The notes: generated by a model not told the origin, from the sequence alone. 24,925 nucleotides of DNA from Candidatus Micrarchaeia archaeon (GCA_041500405.1 JBGQMB010000014.1:1-24925), one strand, 5' to 3'; numbered from the stretch's first letter, positions 16,185-24,925 are shown. Translations and numbers: made by a program.

Positions 16185-16816
16185 ATTCCCACCAGTTTGT
16201 CGAACACGGCAAGCGCGCCGCTGCCCTTGAGGTATTCCCTTGCCTCGGACTTTCCCATGAGCATAAGGTCCTCGATTTCCCAGCCGTCAGTTGCCATTGA
16301 CTTGAGGTTCCGTATCACGCTTTCCTCCAGCTCAGTCCTGAAAAGGACGGCAAAAAGGACCTCTCTGTCTCCTATCATAACGTCCCTTTTCATCTCAGTC
16401 ACATCGTCCTTCTCGAGCCCAAGTTCCTCCTCAAGCTCCGCATACGCGGACTCGACAATGTCGTTTTCCCATTCCATGGCAAAGCCCTGGAAGCTCAATC
16501 CCTTCCTTGCAGGGAGTTCTATGAGCTTGCCCACGCCCTTCGCCTCAACGGCCCTTTTTGACTGCTTTGTGATGATATACCTTTCGCCTTTCTGCACAAC
16601 GCCGATGACGCCGGCCATCCTTGCCGGCGTATCATATCTCTTAAGCGCGAGGTGCAGGGAAAACGGTATGAAATAGACGCCTATCTTCTTTCCGTCAACG
16701 TATTTTACAATGCCAACATCGTCGTCATAATCAAGCCCCCTCGATATCGTGTCGGCGTCGCCCAAAACTTCCTTTGGAAAATCCGGGGGCGCCGTTTTCC
16801 TGAAAGAGAAGTCCAT
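16181..16816 (-). CDS. NUDIX hydrolase family protein
   Basis: IELP...G-x5-E...AYAELEEELGL Nudix-like box (the conserved R is replaced by A); ATGA overlap with nadK. Confidence 0.7.
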   Translation of the reverse strand: MDFSFRKTAPPDFPKEVLGDADTISRGLDYDDDVGIVKYVDGKKIGVYFIPFSLHLALKRYDTPARMAGVIGVVQKGERYIITKQSKRAVEAKGVGKLIELPARKGLSFQGFAMEWENDIVESAYAELEEELGLEKDDVTEMKRDVMIGDREVLFAVLFRTELEESVIRNLKSMATDGWEIEDLMLMGKSEAREYLKGSGALAVFDKLVGI

Positions 16817-16837
16817 GCCCATAACTCGCATTCCATG

Positions 16838-16845
16838 TTTTTAAA
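16838..16845. promoter_or_regulatory. Probable bidirectional TATA box between the NUDIX and DUF475 genes
   Basis: TTTTTAAA lies about 29 nt from both divergent ATGs (16816 and 16867). Confidence 0.55.
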
Positions 16846-16866
16846 CCTTGGGTGGGATGCAATTGC

Positions 16867-17826
16867 ATGGACCTTCTGATGATGCTGCTGACAATCATCG
16901 GCCTTGCGCTCTTCGAGTCCATAACAAGCATAGACAACGCCGTCATAAACGCGGAGGTCCTTTCCAAGATGAGCGAAAGGGCGAGGCGCTGGTTCCTGGT
17001 TTACGGTATACTGATTGCGGTCGTTGGCGTGAGGTTTTTGCTTCCCACGCTGATGCTCTGGATTGCAAACCCAAGCCTCAATCCCTATGATTTGACAATG
17101 GCAATGTTCAGCGGAGACAGCTCGGTTGCCGAGGCAATGGAAAAGGGCTCCTCATTCCTGCTCCTGGCAGGCGGCGTTTTCCTCATATTCCTTTTTTTCC
17201 ATTGGCTTTTCCTTGAGCCCAAGCGGTTCGGGCTCATCGGCGAGCGCTTCTTCTTCAGGCAGGGCATCTGGTTCTATGCCGTGGTCTCGGCCCTCCTGCT
17301 TGCGATAACGTGGTTTGCGATAAACAAGGAGCCGCTCCTTGCGTTTGCCGCGGTTACAGGCTCAACGGTTTTCTTCATAACGCACGGGTTCAAGCAGAAC
17401 GCGGAGCTCAGGGAAAAGGAGATGCTGGAAGGCAAAGGAAGCTCAAGCATGAGCGATATCAGCAAGCTGCTTTACCTGGAAGTGATTGACGCGACGTTCT
17501 CCATAGACGGCGTGATTGGCGCGTTCGCGTTCACGCTTTTCGTGCCCCTAATCCTGATTGGAAACGGCCTTGGCGCGTTCCTGGTGCGGGAAATAACAAT
17601 AAGGAACATAGAGAGCATCAAGAAATACGTTTTCCTCAAGAACGGGGCCATGTACTCAATACTTTTGCTTGGCGCGGTGATGCTGCTTGACGGGCTTGGC
17701 ATGGCGATACCGGAATACATTTCTCCGGTTGCAACCTTTGCCTGCATCGGGTTCTTCTTCCTGAAGTCAAGGCGCGAACTGGAAGGCGGAAAAGCGGCAA
17801 GCCCTGCTGATATTGCAAAACACTAA
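16867..17826 (+). CDS. DUF475 / TerC-like integral membrane protein
   Basis: FESITSIDNAVINAEVL, GILIAVVGVR, LYLEVIDATFSIDGVIGAFA, GNGLGA, YVFLKNGAMYSI. Confidence 0.9.
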   Translation: MDLLMMLLTIIGLALFESITSIDNAVINAEVLSKMSERARRWFLVYGILIAVVGVRFLLPTLMLWIANPSLNPYDLTMAMFSGDSSVAEAMEKGSSFLLLAGGVFLIFLFFHWLFLEPKRFGLIGERFFFRQGIWFYAVVSALLLAITWFAINKEPLLAFAAVTGSTVFFITHGFKQNAELREKEMLEGKGSSSMSDISKLLYLEVIDATFSIDGVIGAFAFTLFVPLILIGNGLGAFLVREITIRNIESIKKYVFLKNGAMYSILLLGAVMLLDGLGMAIPEYISPVATFACIGFFFLKSRRELEGGKAASPADIAKH

Positions 17827-18523
17827 AAACCAGCAGGCACAAAAAGCAACCATGTTCATTGACCGCCATGATGCCGGAAGGCAGCTCGCCAGGGCGCTTG
17901 CGAGGTACAGGGGCAGGAAGGACGTGCTTATCCTTGTGATACCGCGGGGCGCCCTGCAGATAGGCGAAGAGCTTCACAATGAGTTGGGGGCGCCGATTGA
18001 CATCATCGTAACCAAGAAGATAGGGCATCCCATGAGCGGGGAATATGCCATCGGGGCTGTCGGCCCTGACGGCGAATACGTCATTTCCGAGGGCGCAGCC
18101 GGCGTTTCACCAGACTACATCGCACAGGAGCGTGGGCGGCTTGGCGCTGCAGTAGAAGAGAGATACAGGCAGTACAGGGGCGACAGGCCGAAGCCGAAGC
18201 TTGCAGGCAAGACCGTAATAATAGTTGACGACGGCATAGCGACCGGGAGCACCATGGTTGCGGCAATCCGCGTCATAAGGAAGCAGGGGCCTGCCAGGAT
18301 TGTAGCGGCGGTTCCGGTAGCGCCTGCTGACGGGCTGGCAAAAGTCAGGGCAGAGGCTGACGAGGTGGTTTGCCTGCTTGTTCCGCCGCTGTTCCATGCC
18401 ATAGGCCAATTTTATGAAAAGTTCGCACAAGTGGACGACAAGGAAGCGATAGCCATACTGCAGCGTTGCCAATAGACGGCGCGGCAAGCGCGAGCTGGAA
18501 GGCGGAAAAGCGGCAAGCCCCGC
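17772..18523 (+). repeat. 36-bp direct repeat (17772-17807 and 18488-18523) flanking the PRTase gene
   Basis: GCGCGA(A/G)CTGGAAGGCGGAAAAGCGGCAAGCCC(T/C)GC, 34/36 identical. Confidence 0.92.
17852..18475 (+). CDS. Phosphoribosyltransferase family protein
   Basis: MF.DR.DAGRQLA, IPRG, KKIGHP...EYAIGAV, PRPP-binding VIIVDDGIATGST, AIGQFY..F.QV.D. Confidence 0.93.
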   Translation: MFIDRHDAGRQLARALARYRGRKDVLILVIPRGALQIGEELHNELGAPIDIIVTKKIGHPMSGEYAIGAVGPDGEYVISEGAAGVSPDYIAQERGRLGAAVEERYRQYRGDRPKPKLAGKTVIIVDDGIATGSTMVAAIRVIRKQGPARIVAAVPVAPADGLAKVRAEADEVVCLLVPPLFHAIGQFYEKFAQVDDKEAIAILQRCQ

Positions 18524-18559
18524 ATAGTCTTATAATCCCCTTTACCCATAAAAGGACAC

Positions 18560-19105
18560 ATGGCCCTGAAGCCGGAGAAATCCAAGATTGTAGAATGCAT
18601 AGCCAAGGCAAGGGATTTCATAAACAAGTTCAAGCCGCAGCCGGATGCAGGGAAGATGACGGACGGGCGGCAGAAGGAGATGGACCACGCGCTGCTGAAA
18701 GCCGCCATAGACGGCAAAGATGAAGAATTTGAAAGGCTGCTTAAGGCAGGCGCGGATATTTACGCGATTGACAGTTACGGCAGGACTGCGCTGATTTTTG
18801 CCGCATCGCACGGAAACGCGGGAATAGCCAGGCTATTGACCGAAAGGATAGAAAAGAGGGAATACATTGACGCAGCCGATGCGCTCGGCAGGACAGCCCT
18901 GATATATGCCGCTGCGCATGACCATACCGGCATATGCGTGATTCTGCTCAAAAAGGGCGCGAACATGGCGGCAACAGACGCTGAAGGCAAGGATGCGGTC
19001 ACACATGCAACTCTGAACGGGCACATCGGAACGGCGGGCGTGCTAAGGGATGTAGAGTTCATGGACCAGGACGAAAGGCGCACATACCTAGCCAACCTGA
19101 TGTAA
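18560..19105 (+). CDS. Ankyrin repeat protein (about 4 repeats)
   Basis: LLKAGADI...D.YGRTALIFAA..G, D.LGRTALIYAA...H..IC.ILLKKGAN, D.EGKDAV..A..NGH. Confidence 0.92.
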   Translation: MALKPEKSKIVECIAKARDFINKFKPQPDAGKMTDGRQKEMDHALLKAAIDGKDEEFERLLKAGADIYAIDSYGRTALIFAASHGNAGIARLLTERIEKREYIDAADALGRTALIYAAAHDHTGICVILLKKGANMAATDAEGKDAVTHATLNGHIGTAGVLRDVEFMDQDERRTYLANLM

Positions 19106-19149
19106 TCCGCCCCCATGGTTTAAAAACATATATATACACTAATTATAAT

Positions 19150-21111
19150 ATGTCTATCCTGTTCAAGAAGGACGCGCTGAGCACGAAAGCGGCCTACAAT
19201 GCCATCAAGAAAGAGCTTGACGCAAACGGATTCAAGGAAGCCAGCAAGGACAGGCTGCTTGACTGCGCCAAGCAGTATGGAAGGGAGAATTCAGGCCCTT
19301 CCTGGGACGAGTTTTCCGTTATGAACAGGGGGCTTGGCAACAAGAAGTCGAATTACTTTGTTTTCCTCGGGATAAAGAAAAAACTTTTGCGCAGGGACGA
19401 ACTGCAGGTGCTTTATTACAACCCGGAGCCGCCCGACGTCAAGTTCAACTTCAGGGACGGGGACAACTCAATTCCGGCCAAGGAAACAAGGAAGGACATT
19501 ATAGTCACAAGGGCGTACAACGGAACCGCGCCCATCGATCCGTTCATTGTCGACACAGTAAGCCACATAAATGAGATGTCATCCAGGAAGCCAGAGAACA
19601 GGTATTACCTCTGGCCGCACAACCACATCGGATATGTTTATTACGGGGGCAAGCCGCGCAGGCTCATCGACCTCAAGAAGGACGAGATAATGGGCGAGAG
19701 GGGGCCCCTTGACGACGGAAAGTCAAACCCGTTCGACATGATGATGAGCGCGGCGCTTTTCGGCGGGGACTTTTTCGCCTTGACGTCGCACAACAACTTC
19801 TCCGAAACAGTGTACAGGGCGGTGGACTCCATCGGCTCCGCGCTTGGCATGACAATTGTCCCTGGCATAGAGTTCACAATGCCGCTTTATGGATACAATC
19901 CGGAAGACGTCTCCATAATATTGACAGACATGGAAACCAAGCTGAGCAGGGCCGTGACTGTCGACATCAAGCCCAACATGAACGTAGAAATAACAAGGAA
20001 CCTTACTGATATGCAACAGGTCAAGATAAACGTGGAGAGCAACTCGTTTTCGGCATATGATTGGCATTCTGTCGAGACGCTGATACACTGGTACAACGAC
20101 AACTACGGAACGGAACTGAGGCCCATAAGGGTTCTGAACGGGCCGCACGTGGTCGCGATGTTCAGGCATCCGCAGATGGCGATTGAGACCCATGCTGCCA
20201 TGCTCTTAAACAAGGACGTGCTGTTCCCGCCGCTCTCCGCGCCGGGAATAGACCTTTTCGGAACTACTTCAAAGCTGAAAACAAAGTATGAAAAGAGCGT
20301 GTTCATCATGGTCGCGCACCCGTTCTGCGAGCTTGGGCTCCCTTCCGTAGGCGTGGGAAACAGGATGACCAGCGGCGACATGGAATGGGCAAGGTCCATT
20401 TCGCTTTTTGAGCAGGGATTCGCCGACGCGGTTGCTGCATACAACCCCTCGGTGAACGACGAGACGCACAGGTTCTCGTTTGACGGCAAGCACATCGTCG
20501 CCTGCTCCAGCGGCATAATGCCGCTTATCAGCCAATGGGTCGCGAAAAGGGCAGAAAGGGCAGCGGAGTCAAGCAAGTTCGTAGGCGAGGCGGCCGTGGG
20601 AAAATGGGGCTTTCAAACCGCGCTTTCAAACCCGCTCAGCATCGCATACGCGCACTATGTCAGGAGAAACCTCCTGACGCGCGGCATACTCAAGATGGGC
20701 GAGCCGGACACGCACTGGTACGGCGACTTCAGCCTGGACGAGCCGGAGATGAACCACCTTGGAAGGACGGTCACATTCATAGAGGGCGCTGTGGAGAAGT
20801 CCCTTGACGGGCTTTTCGCTGCGCTGAACAAGGCAAAGGAAAACAGGGACAACGAGCCAGGCGACGGCAAGGTTGCGGTCAACTACTACGCCTATTGCCA
20901 GATGAACCCGACTACGGGCGCAATGGACTACGAGCCCGCAAGGGCGCCGACAAAACACGAGACCATGGATGAGAGCTGGAAATGGTTCACCAACTACGGC
21001 GCGAGCCTGTTCAACGTCATACTTCCGGATTTCTTCAAAAGGACGCTGGTAAGGTCGGAGCTTCCGCTTTCAAAGGCAAAATACGTTTACAGGAAGTTCC
21101 TAAAGGAGTGA
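19150..21111 (+). CDS. Hypothetical protein with a divergent PHP-family metallohydrolase core
   Basis: Ordered motifs PHNH, ALTSHN, VPGIEF, GPH, MVAHPF, PDTH match the PHP series HxH, TDH, G.E, H, AHP, DxH. Confidence 0.65.
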   Translation: MSILFKKDALSTKAAYNAIKKELDANGFKEASKDRLLDCAKQYGRENSGPSWDEFSVMNRGLGNKKSNYFVFLGIKKKLLRRDELQVLYYNPEPPDVKFNFRDGDNSIPAKETRKDIIVTRAYNGTAPIDPFIVDTVSHINEMSSRKPENRYYLWPHNHIGYVYYGGKPRRLIDLKKDEIMGERGPLDDGKSNPFDMMMSAALFGGDFFALTSHNNFSETVYRAVDSIGSALGMTIVPGIEFTMPLYGYNPEDVSIILTDMETKLSRAVTVDIKPNMNVEITRNLTDMQQVKINVESNSFSAYDWHSVETLIHWYNDNYGTELRPIRVLNGPHVVAMFRHPQMAIETHAAMLLNKDVLFPPLSAPGIDLFGTTSKLKTKYEKSVFIMVAHPFCELGLPSVGVGNRMTSGDMEWARSISLFEQGFADAVAAYNPSVNDETHRFSFDGKHIVACSSGIMPLISQWVAKRAERAAESSKFVGEAAVGKWGFQTALSNPLSIAYAHYVRRNLLTRGILKMGEPDTHWYGDFSLDEPEMNHLGRTVTFIEGAVEKSLDGLFAALNKAKENRDNEPGDGKVAVNYYAYCQMNPTTGAMDYEPARAPTKHETMDESWKWFTNYGASLFNVILPDFFKRTLVRSELPLSKAKYVYRKFLKE

Positions 21112-21831
21112 ATGAATATGGCAAAAATCATTGAAACGAAAAAAATTGCGAAAAGGCATATAAGGGCAAGGCTTCCGCTATTGCTGTTCACGGGCGCTGC
21201 ATTGGCGGCATCTTCAATATCCTGCGGAGGCCCATTTGTCGCAAACCAGAGCCCGCTTCATGACTCCGCATATTCCTGGACAGAGCCTGTCCCGCAAAAG
21301 GCTGCCAAGGCAAAGCCCAAGGGCGCAAAGCGCATAAGGGCAAGCAAAATAATAAAATGCGCCGCGACAAAGGCGCCGGCAATGGCCATTGCGCAGCCTG
21401 ACGCGCTTTCAGTTTCAAGCCACGGCAAGGAAAACAGGCGCGCGCCGTTCTGGGCATCTGTGCTTGCAGGCATCGGCCTTTTCGCATTGATCTATGGCAT
21501 AAGGTCGCTTCGTGCAAAAAGGAGAAAAAAGGGCAGGCACAAAGCAGTGTCCAAGGGCATACCGACCCGCTTCGAAAGGGAGAATTTGGCGTTAAGGCTG
21601 GCAAGGCGCGTGGTGATGGCGCAGGCGCTGTGTTATAGCCCAAAACCCATGAAAAAGCCCGCGCTCACGGTGGATGCAATAACAAAACAGGCACTGGCCC
21701 TTGCAAAAAAGATGCCAAAAAAAACCGCAGCAAAGAAGTTCCTTTTGGCCGTAGATGCGGAGCTGACAGCAGAGTTCGATGCCTATGATGTCCGGCTGAG
21801 GCCGTTCTATAGGGGCATAAAATCCGTCTGA
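21112..21831 (+). CDS. Hypothetical membrane-anchored protein (signal/lipobox-like Cys, TM helix, basic C-terminal domain)
   Basis: LPLLLFTGAALAASSISC; TM segment FWASVLAGIGLFALIYGI followed by KRRKKGR. Confidence 0.7.
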   Translation: MNMAKIIETKKIAKRHIRARLPLLLFTGAALAASSISCGGPFVANQSPLHDSAYSWTEPVPQKAAKAKPKGAKRIRASKIIKCAATKAPAMAIAQPDALSVSSHGKENRRAPFWASVLAGIGLFALIYGIRSLRAKRRKKGRHKAVSKGIPTRFERENLALRLARRVVMAQALCYSPKPMKKPALTVDAITKQALALAKKMPKKTAAKKFLLAVDAELTAEFDAYDVRLRPFYRGIKSV

Positions 21832-21893
21832 CCTTTTTAAAGGGCGGGGATAAGAAAAAGGTTTAAAAAGTGTTTGTGTAATAGTGGATATAT

Positions 21894-23531
21894 ATGGAAA
21901 AGACCACGTCCGTTGAAAAAAGGGAAATTTCTGGCTTTAGGAGGACTATTCCTAGGGTTTTGACAGCCGCGGCGCTGGCAGTCTCTTTTGCCATGCCTGC
22001 AAAGGCCATTGCAAGCAACGCGCCTCTTTTTGACAGCACTCCGGCAGCAGCAAAGGCGTGGGCAACAAACCCAATGTTCATAGACTACGGAAAAGACGGC
22101 CTAAGCGGGGCAGAGAAGAATGCAAGGGACAACATGTTTTGGCTTTCAAACAACACAACAGATTCCGCGCAGACAAACAGCATCGTGAAAAGGTATTTTG
22201 AGGCAAAGGGCGTGAATAACAGGTCGCTGTTGCTCCTTGGGAACATACTTGATGAGATAAAGTCAAAGAAGGGCGAATACCACTTGGTCACGCCGTCAGA
22301 GCTTGCGCTTTACATGCTTTATGAAAAGGGCGACACAACCAGGCTCAGGTACGTGCCGCGGTCGCCCCTCATTGTCATGATTGGGCTGGAAGACCTGCAG
22401 ACTACATACTGCACAGGGTCCCCAACAGACGGCGCATTGACGCAAACAACCGCGGCCGCATCGCAGACTTATTCCTGGGAAAGCGGCAAGACAGAAGCCG
22501 CAAAGCCTGTAACAGAGACCAAGGCAGCTGCGGTTGCGCCCGAATCGACTGCTGCTCCAATAGTATATCCTGGCCCATATCAGCTTAGGAATGATGTTCC
22601 GAAGCCGAAGCAGGATACAGCGGTTCCAAAGCCACAGGCGACTGCAACGTCAGTTCCGGCAAAGCCGACGCCGGCCGCAACAGCGGCGCAGAAGCCTGTT
22701 GCGCAAAGCAACCAGGCCGTTTTTGCCGTAAATGAGCAAACGATAAGGGATCTTTATGCCGATTACGAAAGGCATATGAGGAAGGCCTATAATGAGCAGG
22801 TAAGGCTCATAAAAAAGGGCGACAGCCTGCAAAGCAAACTCAATTCCATAAACAAGGCAGCCAAGCACAAGCACAAGAAGCAGGCCGGCACAATAGCCGC
22901 GCCAAGGCAGCACAGGCCGGCAGGGAGCATAGCAGCAGTGAAGCCGCTTGAACAGCCAAAGGAAAAGCCGGGGCTCTCATTCTGGGCAAACGCGAAGCAC
23001 ATATTCAAGTCCGGCATGGACAAGCTTGGCAAGGCTTACCTGACTACGTCAGAAATGGTGACCAGCGCGCCGCAAAAAGTGTTTGCGGCACCGGGCAAGG
23101 CCTATGCAGTGGCGTGGATTGCTATGGTTGTTGCAATACCAACAGGCATATTTTTGCTTGCATCTTCAATGTCCCGCAAATTTTCCTCAAAAGGCAGGAA
23201 GAAGAGGGCGCTCAAGGAAGCAATGGACCTTCTGCTCAGCAACTCGACAAGCATGAAGCGCCCGAGGCTTGAGTTCGGCTCCATTACAGGAAGGGCGCTT
23301 GAGCTTGCCAGGAAGAGGAGCGACGTCGTAAGGGCGCAGATATTCCTCAGGTCAATAAAGAGGAAGCTTGAAAAGGGCTTCGCCATAACGGAGCCGGACA
23401 TGATTGATTTCAGCGCAAGGATAAGCGCAGTCGGAATGAAGCACACCCCGAAAAGGCGCGCCGCGGCTCCAAAGAAATCCGGCGCAAAAAAGCGCGCCCG
23501 CCGCCTTGTTTCCCAGCTGCCTGGTCTTTAA
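21894..23531 (+). CDS. Hypothetical single-pass membrane protein (signal peptide, Ala/Pro/Thr linker, TM, basic C-terminal domain)
   Basis: RRTIPRVLTAAALAVSFAMPAKA signal; TM segment AVAWIAMVVAIPTGIFLLA; TATA TTTAAAAA at 21862. Confidence 0.75.
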   Translation: MEKTTSVEKREISGFRRTIPRVLTAAALAVSFAMPAKAIASNAPLFDSTPAAAKAWATNPMFIDYGKDGLSGAEKNARDNMFWLSNNTTDSAQTNSIVKRYFEAKGVNNRSLLLLGNILDEIKSKKGEYHLVTPSELALYMLYEKGDTTRLRYVPRSPLIVMIGLEDLQTTYCTGSPTDGALTQTTAAASQTYSWESGKTEAAKPVTETKAAAVAPESTAAPIVYPGPYQLRNDVPKPKQDTAVPKPQATATSVPAKPTPAATAAQKPVAQSNQAVFAVNEQTIRDLYADYERHMRKAYNEQVRLIKKGDSLQSKLNSINKAAKHKHKKQAGTIAAPRQHRPAGSIAAVKPLEQPKEKPGLSFWANAKHIFKSGMDKLGKAYLTTSEMVTSAPQKVFAAPGKAYAVAWIAMVVAIPTGIFLLASSMSRKFSSKGRKKRALKEAMDLLLSNSTSMKRPRLEFGSITGRALELARKRSDVVRAQIFLRSIKRKLEKGFAITEPDMIDFSARISAVGMKHTPKRRAAAPKKSGAKKRARRLVSQLPGL

Positions 23532-23580
23532 GTCCAAAAAGCGCTAATCTTTTATATTGTTCCAGGCTTCTTATTTCTCC

Positions 23581-24804
23581 ATGGAGCAGACTCCAACAGG
23601 CATAAGGGACTTTTCCGTAGAGGAAAGCATCCAAAGGGAGGCAATGATGGACAGCCTCAGGGCCGTGTTCCGCAGATACGGCTTCTATCCGGCCGAAACA
23701 GGCTCGCTGGAGTTCATTTCTACGCTTTCAAAAAAGAGCGGGGATGCGGTCAAGGAGGAGATTTTCAGGCTGGACAAGGAGGGCATCGGCCTAAGGTTTG
23801 ACTTTACAGTCCCGCTTGCCCGCTACGCGGCCTCCAGGCTTTCGCTATACAAGCCATTCAAGAAGTATGCCATAGGGACTGTTTGGCGCAACGAGGAGCC
23901 CCAAAAGGGCAGGTACCGCGAGTTTCTTCAGGCGGATTGCGACATAATAGGGGTAAAGGAGCAGTCTGCGGAGATAGAGCTGCTTGCGATGGCTTTTGAG
24001 GCCCTGAAGGCGCTTGGGTTTGACGTTTCAGAGGCAAAGTTCTGGCTGAACAACAGGAAGATACTGGAAGGCATGGCCTCGAAATGGGGCGTTGACAAGA
24101 ACATCGCGTTCAGGGCAATAGACAAGTTCGACAAGATTGGGAAAGAAGGCGTGGTTTCCGAGCTTTCAAAGGCATTCGGGAGCAAGAAGGCGGACGAGAT
24201 TGCGTCGGACGTTTTTGTTGAAAAGGACAACGACAAGATGCTTGATTATCTTTCCAAGTTCAGCAAGGAAGGCGTTGACGAGCTTCGTTATATATGCAAG
24301 CGCTTCAGCAACGTTGCGGTTAAGCCGTTCATTGTGCGCGGGCTTGACTATTACACAGGCCCGATATACGAGCTTAAGCTCAGCGACGAAATTGGCACTG
24401 TCTGCGCAGGCGGCAGGTATGACCAGCTGCTTGGCATGTACGGCCAGCCGGATTCCGCTGTCGGCATAAGCTTCGGGTTTGAGAGGCTTTATTACCTGCT
24501 AAGGAGCCAGAAGCCGCCTCTTGCCAAGACGTATGCAAGAGCCTATGTCGCCTGGGTGAAGGACATGGACAAGGAGGCGTTCGAGGTTGCGTCAAAACTT
24601 CGCGAAGAAGGCGTGAACGTCGACCTGAACTACTCCAAAAGGTCGCTTTCCGCGCAGATAGACTATGCCAACAAGATGGGCATACCGTTCATTGTGATAA
24701 TCGGCCCGAAGGAATATGCTGAAGGAAAGGCGGTTCTGAGGGACATGAAAAGCGGCAAGGAGGAAGCGGTTTTGGTTTCAAAGCTTGGGGGTAAGCTTCT
24801 TTGA
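23581..24804 (+). CDS. hisS: Histidine--tRNA ligase
   Basis: PTGIRDF, LRFDFTVPLAR, WRNEEPQKGRYREFLQ.D.D, VRGLDYYTG, GGRYD, G.SFGFER, anticodon domain; ATG 31 nt after TTTTATAT. Confidence 0.97.
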   Translation: MEQTPTGIRDFSVEESIQREAMMDSLRAVFRRYGFYPAETGSLEFISTLSKKSGDAVKEEIFRLDKEGIGLRFDFTVPLARYAASRLSLYKPFKKYAIGTVWRNEEPQKGRYREFLQADCDIIGVKEQSAEIELLAMAFEALKALGFDVSEAKFWLNNRKILEGMASKWGVDKNIAFRAIDKFDKIGKEGVVSELSKAFGSKKADEIASDVFVEKDNDKMLDYLSKFSKEGVDELRYICKRFSNVAVKPFIVRGLDYYTGPIYELKLSDEIGTVCAGGRYDQLLGMYGQPDSAVGISFGFERLYYLLRSQKPPLAKTYARAYVAWVKDMDKEAFEVASKLREEGVNVDLNYSKRSLSAQIDYANKMGIPFIVIIGPKEYAEGKAVLRDMKSGKEEAVLVSKLGGKLL

Positions 24805-24838
24805 AGGGGTGCAGGCTTTGCCTCAGGGGAAAGCTGTT

Positions 24839-24925
24839 TTACTCGTTTTTCAACAGCTCGCTCAGGAAGATAGGCCCTGCAATAGAAGTCGCACGAAACA
24901 TTGACGCGGACTTATTGCACATCAT
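24839..24925 (-). CDS. Possible 3' end of a convergent gene running off the window
   Basis: Open frame MMCNKSASMFRATSIAGPIFLSELLKNE* from the window edge; too short to verify. Confidence 0.35.
   Translation of the reverse strand: MMCNKSASMFRATSIAGPIFLSELLKNE

Noticed and set aside
24811..24836. Weak GCTTT...AAAGC hairpin after hisS
   Set aside because: Short stem, compatible with chance or a simple terminator, and it does not match the tRNA-associated element.

Overview
Gene-dense archaeal chromosomal segment. It looks like a DPANN lineage such as Micrarchaeota; this is an inference from compact archaeal housekeeping genes, AsnRS and many orphan ORFs. It encodes the 3' part of a large, sequon-rich surface protein, an SDR epimerase, GGGP synthase, a CDGSH Fe-S protein, class II HMG-CoA reductase, AsnRS, S6e, aIF2-gamma, a PduO-type cobalamin adenosyltransferase, NAD kinase, a NUDIX hydrolase, a DUF475/TerC-like protein, a phosphoribosyltransferase, an ankyrin protein, a PHP-like hydrolase, HisRS and several orphans. 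RNA genes are tRNA-Ala(TGC), tRNA-Ser(TGA), tRNA-Val(TAC) and a canonical dual-guide box C/D sRNA. The most interesting non-gene structure: (i) a palindromic REP/REPIN-like element directly behind two different tRNA genes; (ii) a tRNA-Val minihelix-like hairpin duplicated in the tRNA leader; (iii) a 36-bp direct repeat of the DUF475 3' end bracketing the PRTase gene; (iv) two adjacent membrane-anchored orphans sharing an unrecognised 60-aa C-terminal domain. No CRISPR array, transposase or integrase was seen. All calls are by eye, without database searches.
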